From an uncultured Ruminococcus sp. (GTDB taxonomy: Bacteria; Bacillota; Clostridia; Oscillospirales; Acutalibacteraceae): DNA of 64,000 nt. The DNA is taken from the NCBI GenBank assembly GCA_902763365.1, contig CACWRT010000001.1, positions 20,943-84,942 of the forward strand. The letters are read 5' to 3'. Below the pieces are notes generated by a model. It worked only from the letters and a program-made list of their open reading frames with translations. It did not search any database and was not told the origin of the DNA. This document shows positions 16,486 through 25,991 of the stretch, piece after piece. The translations under genes and the position numbers were made by a program. Numbering within the stretch: position 1 is the first letter of the stretch; every line of letters begins with the position of its first letter.

Positions 16486-18312
16486 TTAACTAAAATATAT
16501 ATTATACCAGACGAGGAAGACGTAGATCGTCCAGACCTTGCGGCTGTTGTCTTCTTTGCCGTTAAAATGATCGTCAAGATAGGATACGATGAGATCAGTG
16601 TTGAAGAATTTTTCGGCAGTTTCAGAGCGGAACATTTCTTTTACTCTGTTGTAGTATTTCTCGTCTTTTAGCCATACTCTTGTGGGTACAGGGAATCCTA
16701 ACTTCGGCTTCTGTGCGGTGGCTTTCGGCAGGTGACGAAGTGCAGCCTGACGAAGCGCATATTTTGTGGTGCCGTGCGCAATGCGGTATTTTGTGGGGAT
16801 CGTTCTTGCAACCTTGAATACCTCCTTGTCAAGGAAGGGTACACGAAGTTCAAGTGAATTAGCCATACTCATTCTGTCAGCTTTCAGAAGGATATCTCCT
16901 ACCATCCACAGGTTTATGTCAAGATACTGCATCTTTGTTTCATCATCATAGTTCTTTACTCTGTCATAGAATTTACGGCAAAGATCCTGAGGACGTGTGA
17001 CAATGGAACTGTCTTTAAGTATCTCTTTCTTCTCTTTGTCATCATACATGAAAGCGTTTCCGATAAATTTGTCTTCCGTTTTTCTTGCGCCTCTGAGGAT
17101 GTAACCTCTGCCTTTTATATGCGGCCACTTTTTTGCCTTTCTTGCAAGCGCATATCTTGCCTTTTCAGGGAGTATCTTCTGATATAGCTTGAATACATGA
17201 GGTTCGTTGTATACTGTATAACCGCCGAAAAGCTCGTCTGCGCCTTCACCCGAAAGTACTACCTTTACGTGCTCACTTGCAAGCTTGGATACGAAATATA
17301 ATGCGATACATGACGGGTCGGCAAGCGGCTGATCCATCTGATACTGTACTTTAGGAACAGCTTCCCAGAATTCCTCCGAACCGATAAGATGTGTGTAATG
17401 ATCAACGCCTATCTCTTTTGACAAGCCTTCTGCCCAGCTTATTTCGTTGTATCTTTCGCCAAAGTCAAAACCGACAGTGAATGTTTTCTGATCTGCAAAA
17501 TATGTGGATACATAGCTTGAGTCAACTCCGCTGGAAAGGAAACAGCCTACTTCAACGTCACTTATTTTATGGGCATTGACAGAGTTTTCAAAAACTGCTT
17601 CTATTTTGTCAACAGCCTCTTTTTCGGTAAGTGACATATCAGGCTCAAATGTAGCTTCAAAATAACGGGTGGTTGTTACCTTGCCGTCCCTGAACCACAT
17701 AAAATGTCCCGGCAGAAGACAGTATATTCCCTCGAAAAATGTTTCGGGCGGTACAACGTACTGGAAAGAAAGATAATTATCCAGCGCTCTGTAATTGAAT
17801 TTTTTTACATATGAAGGATGCTCAAGAATACTCTTGATCTCTGAACCGTAAATAAGCTCGCCGTTAACTACTGCATAGTGCATAGGCTTTATTCCGAAGA
17901 AATCACGGGCAATGAATACAGATCCATCTTTGGTGTTGTATATAGCAAAGCCGAACATTCCTCTGAGCTTGTTCAGAAGCTTTTCGCCCCACTGTTCAAA
18001 ACCATGTACAAGTACCTCGGAGTCAGCTTTGGTATAAAACTTATGCCCAAGTTCCATAAGCTCTTCACGAAGATCGTTGTGGTTATATATTTCGCCGTTG
18101 AACATAAGAACAAGGGTCTTGTCCTCGTTGTAAATGGGTTGATGACCGCCTTCAAGGTCAATAATGCTCAGACGGCGGAATCCCATAGATATCCTGCTGT
18201 CTTGATAGAAACCGGCACTGTCGGGTCCACGGTGAGTAATTACGTCAGTCATTTTTTTAAGAACTTTTTCTTTTTCTGCAATATGACCTGTAAACCCGCA
18301 TAATCCACACAT
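16486..18312 (-). CDS. asnB: Asparagine synthase (glutamine-hydrolysing)
   Basis: It starts MCGLCGF (catalytic Cys2) and carries SGVDSS (PP-loop) and a typical AsnB C-terminus. The start is trimmed to ATG 18312. Confidence 0.95.
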   Translation of the reverse strand: MCGLCGFTGHIAEKEKVLKKMTDVITHRGPDSAGFYQDSRISMGFRRLSIIDLEGGHQPIYNEDKTLVLMFNGEIYNHNDLREELMELGHKFYTKADSEVLVHGFEQWGEKLLNKLRGMFGFAIYNTKDGSVFIARDFFGIKPMHYAVVNGELIYGSEIKSILEHPSYVKKFNYRALDNYLSFQYVVPPETFFEGIYCLLPGHFMWFRDGKVTTTRYFEATFEPDMSLTEKEAVDKIEAVFENSVNAHKISDVEVGCFLSSGVDSSYVSTYFADQKTFTVGFDFGERYNEISWAEGLSKEIGVDHYTHLIGSEEFWEAVPKVQYQMDQPLADPSCIALYFVSKLASEHVKVVLSGEGADELFGGYTVYNEPHVFKLYQKILPEKARYALARKAKKWPHIKGRGYILRGARKTEDKFIGNAFMYDDKEKKEILKDSSIVTRPQDLCRKFYDRVKNYDDETKMQYLDINLWMVGDILLKADRMSMANSLELRVPFLDKEVFKVARTIPTKYRIAHGTTKYALRQAALRHLPKATAQKPKLGFPVPTRVWLKDEKYYNRVKEMFRSETAEKFFNTDLIVSYLDDHFNGKEDNSRKVWTIYVFLVWYNIYFS

Positions 18313-18396
18313 AATAATTCCTCTCTTCCTTTGCATAAATATCCCATATCTCAGGGATGGCATTAACATAAATAATTGACAATGTTTTACATTAAA

Positions 18397-18425
18397 ATTT
18401 TAACACATTAAAGCCAAACTTTCAA
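18397..18425 (-). promoter_or_regulatory. Sigma-A-type promoter candidate for asnB
   Basis: On the minus strand: TTGAAA, a 17-nt spacer, then TAAAAT preceded by TGT. Confidence 0.45.
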
Positions 18426-18735
18426 CATAAAATGACATCCTGTGAAGAAAAATAAATATTCACCTCATCTTTTATTATGTGCAAATTACAGATAATTCAT
18501 TAAAAAACCTGTTTTTTCAGGGACATATACAGTTTAGAAACACATATGTTGAAACGGTTGATAAGTTTTCAACTTTTTAACATTGCGGTGTTGAAAACCC
18601 GCCGATGTGCAGGATAGATAAAAGTATATGCAATAATTTGTTTAATAATAAAAGTGATTATTGTATACTTTTCACCATTTTTGTCGTAATTTGATGTATA
18701 ATTATCATACAAACGAAAAAAAGAGGTAGTAACAT

Positions 18736-20067
18736 ATGGTCAGAAAGATCATTAGAATAGTTATATCGGAATTTATGTGTATTGTATTGCTGGCTGTATG
18801 TATTATTCCGGGTAAGGTTTATACGGCAGATATGGTATATCTGAGCAACACAAGCATTTTTCCCGATAAGTGCGGCGGATTTGTTATTATTACCCGGGAC
18901 AATACAAAATATTATATAAACCATGTTTCTGCTGACGGCAGTGTTTATGATGTGTCTGCTGACAGTATAGCCGTCAGCAGTGTGAATTTCTGCGGCACGG
19001 ATGCGGTACTGTTATCGTATGCCAGAAACACAATAGTCATTGTTACCTGTAATGTTTACAGCGGTAAGACCGAATCAACGTTGATAACACATAAAGATAT
19101 AAACATAAAAGAACCTTTAGTCTGCATAGACAGAAACAGGAATATATATCTTGCTGACAGGAAGAATAAAGAACTGTATATCTGCAATCACACGGGTGAA
19201 TTGATGGGTACAATATCACTGCCTTCGTATGCGAGGGATATTTTTACTGATGGCTGCGCATACAATGTTTACTGCCTTACAGACAGCGGAATTGTCAACG
19301 TCGGTACAAATATACTGACAGGCGGAGAAATACCCTCAGGGCAGATAGGATGCGGCGGAGAGTATTATTACAGCGGACAGGATGTATACACATTGTCTTC
19401 AACAGAAGGCTTCAAAAGAATATATCATACCGGATTCCCGTTGGTTTGCAGGACATTGACTGATCTGTATGCTGCCGAAGACAGCACTATATACCGGATA
19501 GATGATAATGATAATATTTCCGTATACTGTGATACAGGTGTGCAGATAAAGAATCTGTATGTAAGCGGAAACACTGTAGCATACACTGATTCCGACAACA
19601 GACTGTTTTTAGCCGAAAGCAGCTGCATGATCCCGGTTCAGACCGATCATCCGACTTTTTACCCCAAAATGATAACATCTTCCGAACTGAAAATAGAAGG
19701 AAAATATATTTCAGCTGTAAAGCAGGGGATGACAGTATCTCAACTGAAAAGTAAGCTAAATTACGGCGACTATGAAATTGTTGTATATGATCATAACGGA
19801 AGAACAGTAAAATCGGGTACTGTTGGCAGCGGCTGGAAATTTGTTTTCTCAGGCGGAGGAAATGAAACCGAACTTATAACCGTAGTCAAGGGAGATGTGA
19901 CAGGAGAAGGTCAGATAAACAGAAATGATTATAAAAAGGTATCCGATTACATAACAGGAAAAACCGATCTTAATGAAGTTGAATTAAATGCGTCAGATAT
20001 AAATTCGGACGGCAAAACAGACTTATCCGATTTCTACCTTATATATCGAAGTTTAGTATATGGTTAA
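18736..20067 (+). CDS. Secreted/anchored protein with a C-terminal type I dockerin
   Basis: The N-terminus is a hydrophobic signal or anchor. The C-terminus GDVTGEGQINRNDYKKVSDYI...SDINSDGKTDLSDFYLIYRSL contains two Ca-binding dockerin segments. Confidence 0.8.
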   Translation: MVRKIIRIVISEFMCIVLLAVCIIPGKVYTADMVYLSNTSIFPDKCGGFVIITRDNTKYYINHVSADGSVYDVSADSIAVSSVNFCGTDAVLLSYARNTIVIVTCNVYSGKTESTLITHKDINIKEPLVCIDRNRNIYLADRKNKELYICNHTGELMGTISLPSYARDIFTDGCAYNVYCLTDSGIVNVGTNILTGGEIPSGQIGCGGEYYYSGQDVYTLSSTEGFKRIYHTGFPLVCRTLTDLYAAEDSTIYRIDDNDNISVYCDTGVQIKNLYVSGNTVAYTDSDNRLFLAESSCMIPVQTDHPTFYPKMITSSELKIEGKYISAVKQGMTVSQLKSKLNYGDYEIVVYDHNGRTVKSGTVGSGWKFVFSGGGNETELITVVKGDVTGEGQINRNDYKKVSDYITGKTDLNEVELNASDINSDGKTDLSDFYLIYRSLVYG

Positions 20068-20260
20068 TTATAATTAGCTCAAAGCTAAGGGCTCAGAGCT
20101 CAGAGCAGCGGCGGTTCAGATTTTTTCGTTTAAAGTTGAAATTTTTGTCGCTGTAAGTTATCTAAAGTGTTCCATGATACGATAGCATCAAGGTCAAAGC
20201 TTGTTGGCTCAGATTTTCTTAGCTTAAATCCGCTTTACTTGTTATTGTGAGTTCTGTCAA
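20068..20260 (+). repeat. Intergenic repeat module C
   Basis: agctcaaagctaagggctcagag...ggcggttcagattttttcgtttaaagttgaaatttttgtcgctgtaagtt aligns with 53374-53450 and 12530-12590. Confidence 0.75.
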
Positions 20261-20295
20261 GGTCATCCTTGCGAATGACGGCTTTCCCAAAGGGG

Positions 20296-20448
20296 CAATG
20301 GTTTCAATTTAAGGTAAACATAATTGATAAAGTTTCGCTCAAGCCTTTTCAAAGGCTTGCAGGGTCCAGGGGCAGCGCCCTTGGTCGCTGCGTTAGCAGC
20401 GAAACAAGTCTTCAAATCTTTCGTCAAAGTCTTAGGTTGACAGCATTG
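20296..20448 (+). mobile_element. MITE-like element, older copy (153 bp)
   Basis: It is the same length as 44438-44590. There are 4 mismatches over the 129-nt core. The ends caatggtttcaat / gttgacagcattg are partly decayed, and the flanks tcccaaagggg / ccccgaagggg match 9 of 11. Confidence 0.75.
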
Positions 20449-20514
20449 CCCCGAAGGGGAAGCCGAGCGGCAGTTTTAACTTCTATTCTAGTTGTTCAGT
20501 AAATCGGGTACACC

Positions 20515-20553
20515 TTATAATGAATAATGAATAATGAATAATGAATAATGATA
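20515..20553. repeat. Heptanucleotide tandem repeat (TGAATAA x4 plus partial units)
   Basis: Read directly at 20521-20548. Confidence 0.9.
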
Positions 20554-20659
20554 TAGTAAATTTTCGATTAATTATTACTGAATTACTAAAAAACAGAGGT
20601 GAGGATTATAAAACTATCAGCCGATCAAAAAGTAATAACCGCGACAAGTAAAGGCTGCA

Positions 20660-20724
20660 GCGATGAGCCCAGGGCGGATGCGAAGCGGAGCGATACCCGC
20701 GTTTAGGGTCCGGCGGCTCGCCGG
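20660..20724 (+). repeat. Intergenic repeat module A (3' half only)
   Basis: ggcggatgcgaagcggagcgatacccgcgtttagggtCCGGCGgctCGCCGG. Confidence 0.8.
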
Positions 20725-20744
20725 TATTATCTATGGTAAAAAAA

Positions 20745-20861
20745 TGAGCTGCTCAAGAAGCTTGATACGCGGGCAGTAAAGCCTGAATTGCGAGTTCAGA
20801 GCGGAGCGTAAGCGCAGCGATACCCGCGTTTAGGGTCCGGCGGCTCGCCGGGCGCCGGGGG
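20745..20861 (+). repeat. Intergenic repeat module A (full copy)
   Basis: tgagctgctcaagaagcttgatacgcgg...gttcagagcggagcgtaagcgcagcgatacccgcgtttagggtCCGGCGgctCGCCGGgcgccgggggg. Confidence 0.85.
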
Positions 20862-20862
20862 G

Positions 20863-20891
20863 TTGACAATGAGGGAATAGAAGTGTAAAAT
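20863..20891 (+). promoter_or_regulatory. Sigma-A-type promoter candidate
   Basis: TTGACA 20863-20868, a 17-nt spacer, TAAAAT 20886-20891, immediately after module A. Confidence 0.5.
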
Positions 20892-21052
20892 ATAATTGGA
20901 GTTTTATCGAAAATGAGAATGTTTACACATTTTCTTTATACTTTATTTAAAAAGGGATATGAAATATAGTTATAATCAACAAAAAGATAGGCTTGTTATT
21001 ATCTGAAATATAAGCTTATTAAATGAAAAAACAGCAAAAGGAGAGTGGTATA

Positions 21053-23350
21053 GTGAAAATGAAAAAAACGGCTGCTGTCCTGCTGGCGGCATTATCTGTG
21101 CTTATTGCAGCACCGCAGCAGGCGGGAATACTTACTGTTTCAGCAGCACAGTCTGCTTCACAGACAAGCAGCTATGTATCCAATATCGTTGTAAACTCCA
21201 ATAAAGGAGAAACAGAAACAGATATACAGAATGCTTTGGAAAGAATCAGAGGCGGAGGCGGAACTGTTAAGCTTGTAGGAAAATTCAGGATAACAAAAAC
21301 ACTAACAATGTACAGCAATCAGACGCTGGATGCGTCGGGGGCGATCATAGAAAGTTCTGCCGATAAAGTTATCTATTCATACAAAATGAGAAATGTTACC
21401 GTAAGAGGAGGTACATGGAACCTCAGCGGTGAGTCTATACTGGTAAATTTCAGCAGATGTACAACAGGAAAGGTGGATTCAGTAACCACAAACGGCGGAG
21501 GAGCGTTCGGATACGGAGGTATATACATAGCCTGCTGTCAGGATATTTCCGTACTGAACTGTAAGCTTACAAATCTGAAAAGCGAAGCAATATATTCATA
21601 TCGTTCATCGGACTTTCTTGTTTCGGGATGTATAGTTGACAACTGCGGAGGTCACGGATTGAGAATATTCGGCAGCAGCGGCTTCCGTTTGTACGGGAAC
21701 AGGGTAAACCTTCCTAAAGGAGATGCCGTAAGCTGCAGCCAGAGCGACAGGGGTGAGATAAGCGGAAATTTCTTCTCCAATGCCAGGGAAAATTCGCAGC
21801 TGGATATAGATCCAACCAGATCTGAATCAAGAGCAGGCTGCGGTATCCTTATCTCGGACAGTGCCGACATAAATGTAGGAACTCGCGTAAATTACGGAAG
21901 ATATACATATGAGGGAAATACAATAACAGGCTGTGTTAATTATGGTATGCACATTACAACATCTACCAACACCTTCGTCAACAGAACAAATATTTCTTCA
22001 AACGGTTCAGACGGTATACATAACTCGGCTTCGTCATATACGGTAATTCAGAACTGTAACATAAAAGGATGTGGAGGGATAGGCATTTCAATGCTTCCCG
22101 GACCGGTGGATACCATAGATGCACATTATCGCCAGTGCAAGGATTCTGTTGTCAGCAATAACATAATAGAAGACTGCGGAGAATTCGGAATACTGCTGTC
22201 CCTTTCCCAGAGCTGCAGCGTATCATACAATATGATACGAAACTGCCGTGATTACGGTATATACTGCAACGGTGTAAATAATATCACGATCATTGACGGA
22301 AGTATAAGCGGTACAAAAAATGTCAACGGTCTTGGCATCGGCGTATCCTCAAATTCAACAAATGTAGCTCTTGATGTAAAGCTTGAACTTGATAAGTCAA
22401 GCATTTCTCTCGGTGTGGGAGAAAGCTATCAGCTTGTGACCAAATGTACCGCGCTGACCTGGACTACCTCAAATAAAAATGTTGCTTCTGTATCGGCAGG
22501 CGGAGTAATAACCGCTAAAGGCAACGGTACAGCTGTTATAACAGCTAAAAGTATAAGCGGAAGAACATCATCGTGTACGGTCACAGTTAAAAACGCACCT
22601 TCAAGCGTATCGCTGAATTATGTTGATCTTACCGTAGGAGTAGGAGAAAGCTATACATTGACAGCTTCCATACCCTCAGGATCTGCAGCGGCAGTAAGAA
22701 CCTTCCGTACAAGCAACAGCAGCATTGTCAAAATGACAAAGACAAACTGGGAAGGAAAGTTTACTGCTATGCGTCCCGGAACAGCCTGGGTAACAGTAAG
22801 ACTTTATAACGGTCTTGAAATAAGCTGCAAGATCACCGTAAAAAAAGCTCCGACAACTGTAAGTTTGTCAAAACAAACGCTGACTCTCGGAGGAAATGAA
22901 AAATTCAGACTTACTGCTGTATTACCTTCGGATATGGCTTCATCAGTGAAAACCTTCAGATCCGATAACAGCGGTATCGTGCGTATGACGAGAACGAACG
23001 GAGTCGGAGAGTTTATAGGTGTAGGACTCGGAACAACAAATGTCAGAGTGCGTCTTTATAACGGACTTGAGGCGGTGTGCAGGGTTACTGTAAAGCTTAT
23101 CCCCGCTACGGTAAGTCTGAATGTATCTAATCTTCAGCTGAGAGTAGGACAGACAGCAACAGTCAGCGCTGTGCTCCCTCCAAACGGCGGGGCAGCAAAA
23201 CGTACATACAGTTCAAGCGACCCCTCGGTTGTGAAAATGACAAAAACAGACTGGACAGGTTCTTTCAAGGCTGTGAAAAAGGGTAAGGCATGGGTCACGG
23301 TAACACTTTATAACGGTGTGCAGGCAAGCTGCCTTGTGACTGTTTATTGA
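21053..23350 (+). CDS. Secreted right-handed beta-helix (pectate-lyase-fold) protein with four C-terminal Big_2 Ig-like domains
   Basis: A signal peptide is present (KKTAAVLLAALSVLIAAPQQAG). Repeated G-x-x-I/V-x-N/D-C beta-helix rungs follow, then four ~85-aa repeats of the type LxVGESYxL...SSNxxVxxV...G...AxxxGTAxVT. The start may be GTG 21053, ATG 21059 or ATG 21023. Confidence 0.8.
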   Translation: MKMKKTAAVLLAALSVLIAAPQQAGILTVSAAQSASQTSSYVSNIVVNSNKGETETDIQNALERIRGGGGTVKLVGKFRITKTLTMYSNQTLDASGAIIESSADKVIYSYKMRNVTVRGGTWNLSGESILVNFSRCTTGKVDSVTTNGGGAFGYGGIYIACCQDISVLNCKLTNLKSEAIYSYRSSDFLVSGCIVDNCGGHGLRIFGSSGFRLYGNRVNLPKGDAVSCSQSDRGEISGNFFSNARENSQLDIDPTRSESRAGCGILISDSADINVGTRVNYGRYTYEGNTITGCVNYGMHITTSTNTFVNRTNISSNGSDGIHNSASSYTVIQNCNIKGCGGIGISMLPGPVDTIDAHYRQCKDSVVSNNIIEDCGEFGILLSLSQSCSVSYNMIRNCRDYGIYCNGVNNITIIDGSISGTKNVNGLGIGVSSNSTNVALDVKLELDKSSISLGVGESYQLVTKCTALTWTTSNKNVASVSAGGVITAKGNGTAVITAKSISGRTSSCTVTVKNAPSSVSLNYVDLTVGVGESYTLTASIPSGSAAAVRTFRTSNSSIVKMTKTNWEGKFTAMRPGTAWVTVRLYNGLEISCKITVKKAPTTVSLSKQTLTLGGNEKFRLTAVLPSDMASSVKTFRSDNSGIVRMTRTNGVGEFIGVGLGTTNVRVRLYNGLEAVCRVTVKLIPATVSLNVSNLQLRVGQTATVSAVLPPNGGAAKRTYSSSDPSVVKMTKTDWTGSFKAVKKGKAWVTVTLYNGVQASCLVTVY

Positions 23351-23652
23351 ACAAAATATATACAAAAACTCACGGTTGTCGCTTATGATAATCGTGATTT
23401 TTTCGCTATTTGGGTTGATTTGTAAAAAAAATTGCTAAATTTTACGTAAAGCACTTGTAATTTTGCTTAAAATGCTATAAAATAATGACAGTACTATAAA
23501 TGAGTGGAATATGACGGGTCATGTCAGTGCTGTGTATTGAATTCAGGTATGTTTTTTGCTGCGAACCGTTTGTGGGGTCTCGCAACGGATAACAAACGGC
23601 GTGACTTATCCGCCTGTTTATAGACATAGTAAAATTTCAGGAGGTAATTCCC

Positions 23653-24690
23653 ATGTCAGTAAAAGTTGCTATTAATGGTTTTGGCCGTATAGGTCGTCTT
23701 GCATTCAGACAGATGTTTGGTGCAGAAGGTTATGAGGTTGTTGCTATCAACGATCTTACAAAGCCTTCTATGCTCGCTAACCTTCTCAAGTATGATACAG
23801 CTCAGGGCGGCTACTGCGGTAAGATCGGTGAGAACCTTCATACTGTAGAGGCTGATGACGAGGCTGGTACAATTACAGTTGACGGCAAGACTCTTACAAT
23901 TTATGCAAAGGCTAATGCTGCTGAGCTTCCCTGGGGCGAACTCGGTGTAGACGTTGTTCTCGAGTGCACAGGTTTCTATTGCTCAAAGGCTAAGTCACAG
24001 GCTCATATCGATGCAGGCGCTAAGAAGGTTGTTATTTCTGCTCCCGCAGGCAGCGACCTCAAGACTATCGTATTCAGTGTAAATGAAGATACTCTTACAA
24101 CAGAGGATACTATCATTTCTGCTGCTTCTTGTACAACAAACTGCCTCGCTCCTATGGCTAAGGCTCTTAACGATTATGCTCCTATCCAGAGCGGTATCAT
24201 GTCAACAATCCACGCTTATACAGGCGATCAGATGATCCTTGACGGTCCTCACAGAAAGGGCGACCTCAGAAGAGCAAGAGCAGGTGCTGCTAACATCGTT
24301 CCTAACTCAACAGGCGCTGCAAAGGCTATCGGTCTTGTTATTCCTGAGCTCAACGGTAAGCTCATCGGTTCTGCACAGCGTGTACCTGTTCCCACAGGTT
24401 CAACAACAATCCTCACAGCTGTTGTAAAGGGTGCTGACGTAACTAAGGAAGGTATCAATGCTGCTATGAAGGCTGCTGCTTCCGAATCATTCGGCTATAA
24501 CGAGGATCAGATCGTTTCTTCTGACGTTATCGGCATGAGATTTGGCTCACTCTTCGATGCTACTCAGACAATGGTCAGCAAGATCGCTGATGATCTGTAT
24601 GAAGTACAGGTTGTTTCTTGGTATGACAACGAGAACAGCTACACAAGCCAGATGGTAAGAACAATCAAGTATTTTGCTGAACTTGGCTGA
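23653..24690 (+). CDS. gap: Type I glyceraldehyde-3-phosphate dehydrogenase
   Basis: [15 protein letters not shown] and the SCTTNCLAP active site are present. GGAGG SD. Confidence 0.98.
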   Translation: MSVKVAINGFGRIGRLAFRQMFGAEGYEVVAINDLTKPSMLANLLKYDTAQGGYCGKIGENLHTVEADDEAGTITVDGKTLTIYAKANAAELPWGELGVDVVLECTGFYCSKAKSQAHIDAGAKKVVISAPAGSDLKTIVFSVNEDTLTTEDTIISAASCTTNCLAPMAKALNDYAPIQSGIMSTIHAYTGDQMILDGPHRKGDLRRARAGAANIVPNSTGAAKAIGLVIPELNGKLIGSAQRVPVPTGSTTILTAVVKGADVTKEGINAAMKAAASESFGYNEDQIVSSDVIGMRFGSLFDATQTMVSKIADDLYEVQVVSWYDNENSYTSQMVRTIKYFAELG

Positions 24691-24720
24691 TAAAACCATT
24701 TAAGCATATTTGAGAACAAG

Positions 24721-24752
24721 ATCCTGTTGGAATTTTTCCAACAGGATTTTTG
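24721..24752 (+). terminator. Rho-independent terminator of gap
   Basis: ATCCTGTTGGA ... TCCAACAGGAT is a perfect stem followed by TTTTTG. Confidence 0.9.
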
Positions 24753-24774
24753 TAAATATTCAAGGAGATCTTTT

Positions 24775-25617
24775 ATGGATATAGAAAAAGTATTAAATAA
24801 AGTTGATGAAGTACTTACACCTCAGGAGGTACTGAGACTTAAAGTTCGAAAAGGTACTGCGGGGCTTTTTGACAGCAAAATAGGCGGTACTCCGTATTTC
24901 CCTAAAAATGAAGAGTACCCGAAAGGAAAACAAAATGAATTCAATGGTAAGCCGTTGGTTCTTCTGGCTCAGCTCAATTTTGAAAAGCTGCCGCATATTT
25001 CTGATTTTCCGAAAAAGGGAATTCTTCAATTTTTTATTGCGCCTGACGATCTTTACGGTATGTCGTCGGAACCCGGTGCCGGCGCTGTAAGGCAGGATAA
25101 TTTCAGGGTCGTATATCACGAGAATATCATAACTGACGAGTCACAGCTTATGACAGCCGACGATATGCCTGTCTATCCGGAAGAAGATGACTATTATCTG
25201 CCGTTTGACGGAGAATATGAGCTTATGGCTCTTGAAAAGGATATGGCGGCAGCCGGTATCTCTGATTATCGTTTCAATGATGTTCTTGTGAAATGCTATA
25301 ACGAGCTTTATGACGAGGATGTTGAAAATGCGTGGGATATTCTTGATAATGTGAAGGATGATATACTTAGTGACCGCGATGAAGGAGCAGACGCATTTAT
25401 TGGCGGCTATCCGTTTTTCACACAGGATGATCCGAGATGTTTCAGTGAACTTTCCGACTGCGACACTGTGCTTTTTGAGATTAACAGTGTTATGGATCAA
25501 GAAAATGACATTGAAATACTTTGGGGCGATATGGGTACGGGCACGTTCCTTATTCCTCGTGAAAATCTCAGAAATCTTGATTTTTCACGGGTAGTTTACA
25601 ATTACGACTGCTACTGA
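24775..25617 (+). CDS. DUF1963 (YwqG-like) domain protein
   Basis: SKIGGTPYFPKNEEYP...LLAQLNFEKLP...GILQFFI...GGYPFFTQDDP...LWGDMGTGTFLI matches the YwqG/DUF1963 pattern. AAGGAG SD. Confidence 0.75.
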   Translation: MDIEKVLNKVDEVLTPQEVLRLKVRKGTAGLFDSKIGGTPYFPKNEEYPKGKQNEFNGKPLVLLAQLNFEKLPHISDFPKKGILQFFIAPDDLYGMSSEPGAGAVRQDNFRVVYHENIITDESQLMTADDMPVYPEEDDYYLPFDGEYELMALEKDMAAAGISDYRFNDVLVKCYNELYDEDVENAWDILDNVKDDILSDRDEGADAFIGGYPFFTQDDPRCFSELSDCDTVLFEINSVMDQENDIEILWGDMGTGTFLIPRENLRNLDFSRVVYNYDCY

Positions 25618-25702
25618 TCCTGTTTCAGCAAATAGAAATATTCTGTAAAACCATATCGACAAAATATTATAATGTTATCTGACACAAAAAAGGTGAATGT
25701 AT

Positions 25703-25966
25703 ATGAAAAATAAAATGATGGCTGTTATAATATGCGCGCTCATGTGCCTATCCCTTTCAGCCTGCGCTGGAAATGAAATTGAAACAAAAAATATAGAATT
25801 ATCTAAAGAATCATCTTTAACTGAAAATAGTTCTGCTGAATCAGAAGAAAATGTCAAGGAAATTAATGATGTGTCTGATGAATCGAGTATAGAAGCTTCT
25901 GATGCTGTTAAAGATGATCAGCCGAAAAGCAGTAATGAGGTTTCCGATGATGAACTGATGCAGTAA
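25703..25966 (+). CDS. Small acidic lipoprotein
   Basis: AGGTGA SD. MKNKMMAVIICALMCLSLSAC lipobox. Confidence 0.65.
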   Translation: MKNKMMAVIICALMCLSLSACAGNEIETKNIELSKESSLTENSSAESEENVKEINDVSDESSIEASDAVKDDQPKSSNEVSDDELMQ

Positions 25967-25991
25967 CAGTAATGAAGATAGGGTGTGTGTT

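Noticed and set aside
18313-18735. An Asn T-box or attenuator in the long asnB upstream region.
   Set aside because: There is no T-box core (AGGGTGGNACCGCG-like), no specifier or antiterminator architecture, and no terminator hairpin with a U-tract before the SD.
20269-20502. ORFs running through repeat DNA: 20269-20502, 44391-44582, 39675-39879, 16076-16399 and 53401-53637.
   Set aside because: Their apparent conservation is explained by nucleotide-level repeat copies. The frames are not maintained between copies. They have no SD and odd Arg/Ala/Gly/Ser-rich translations.
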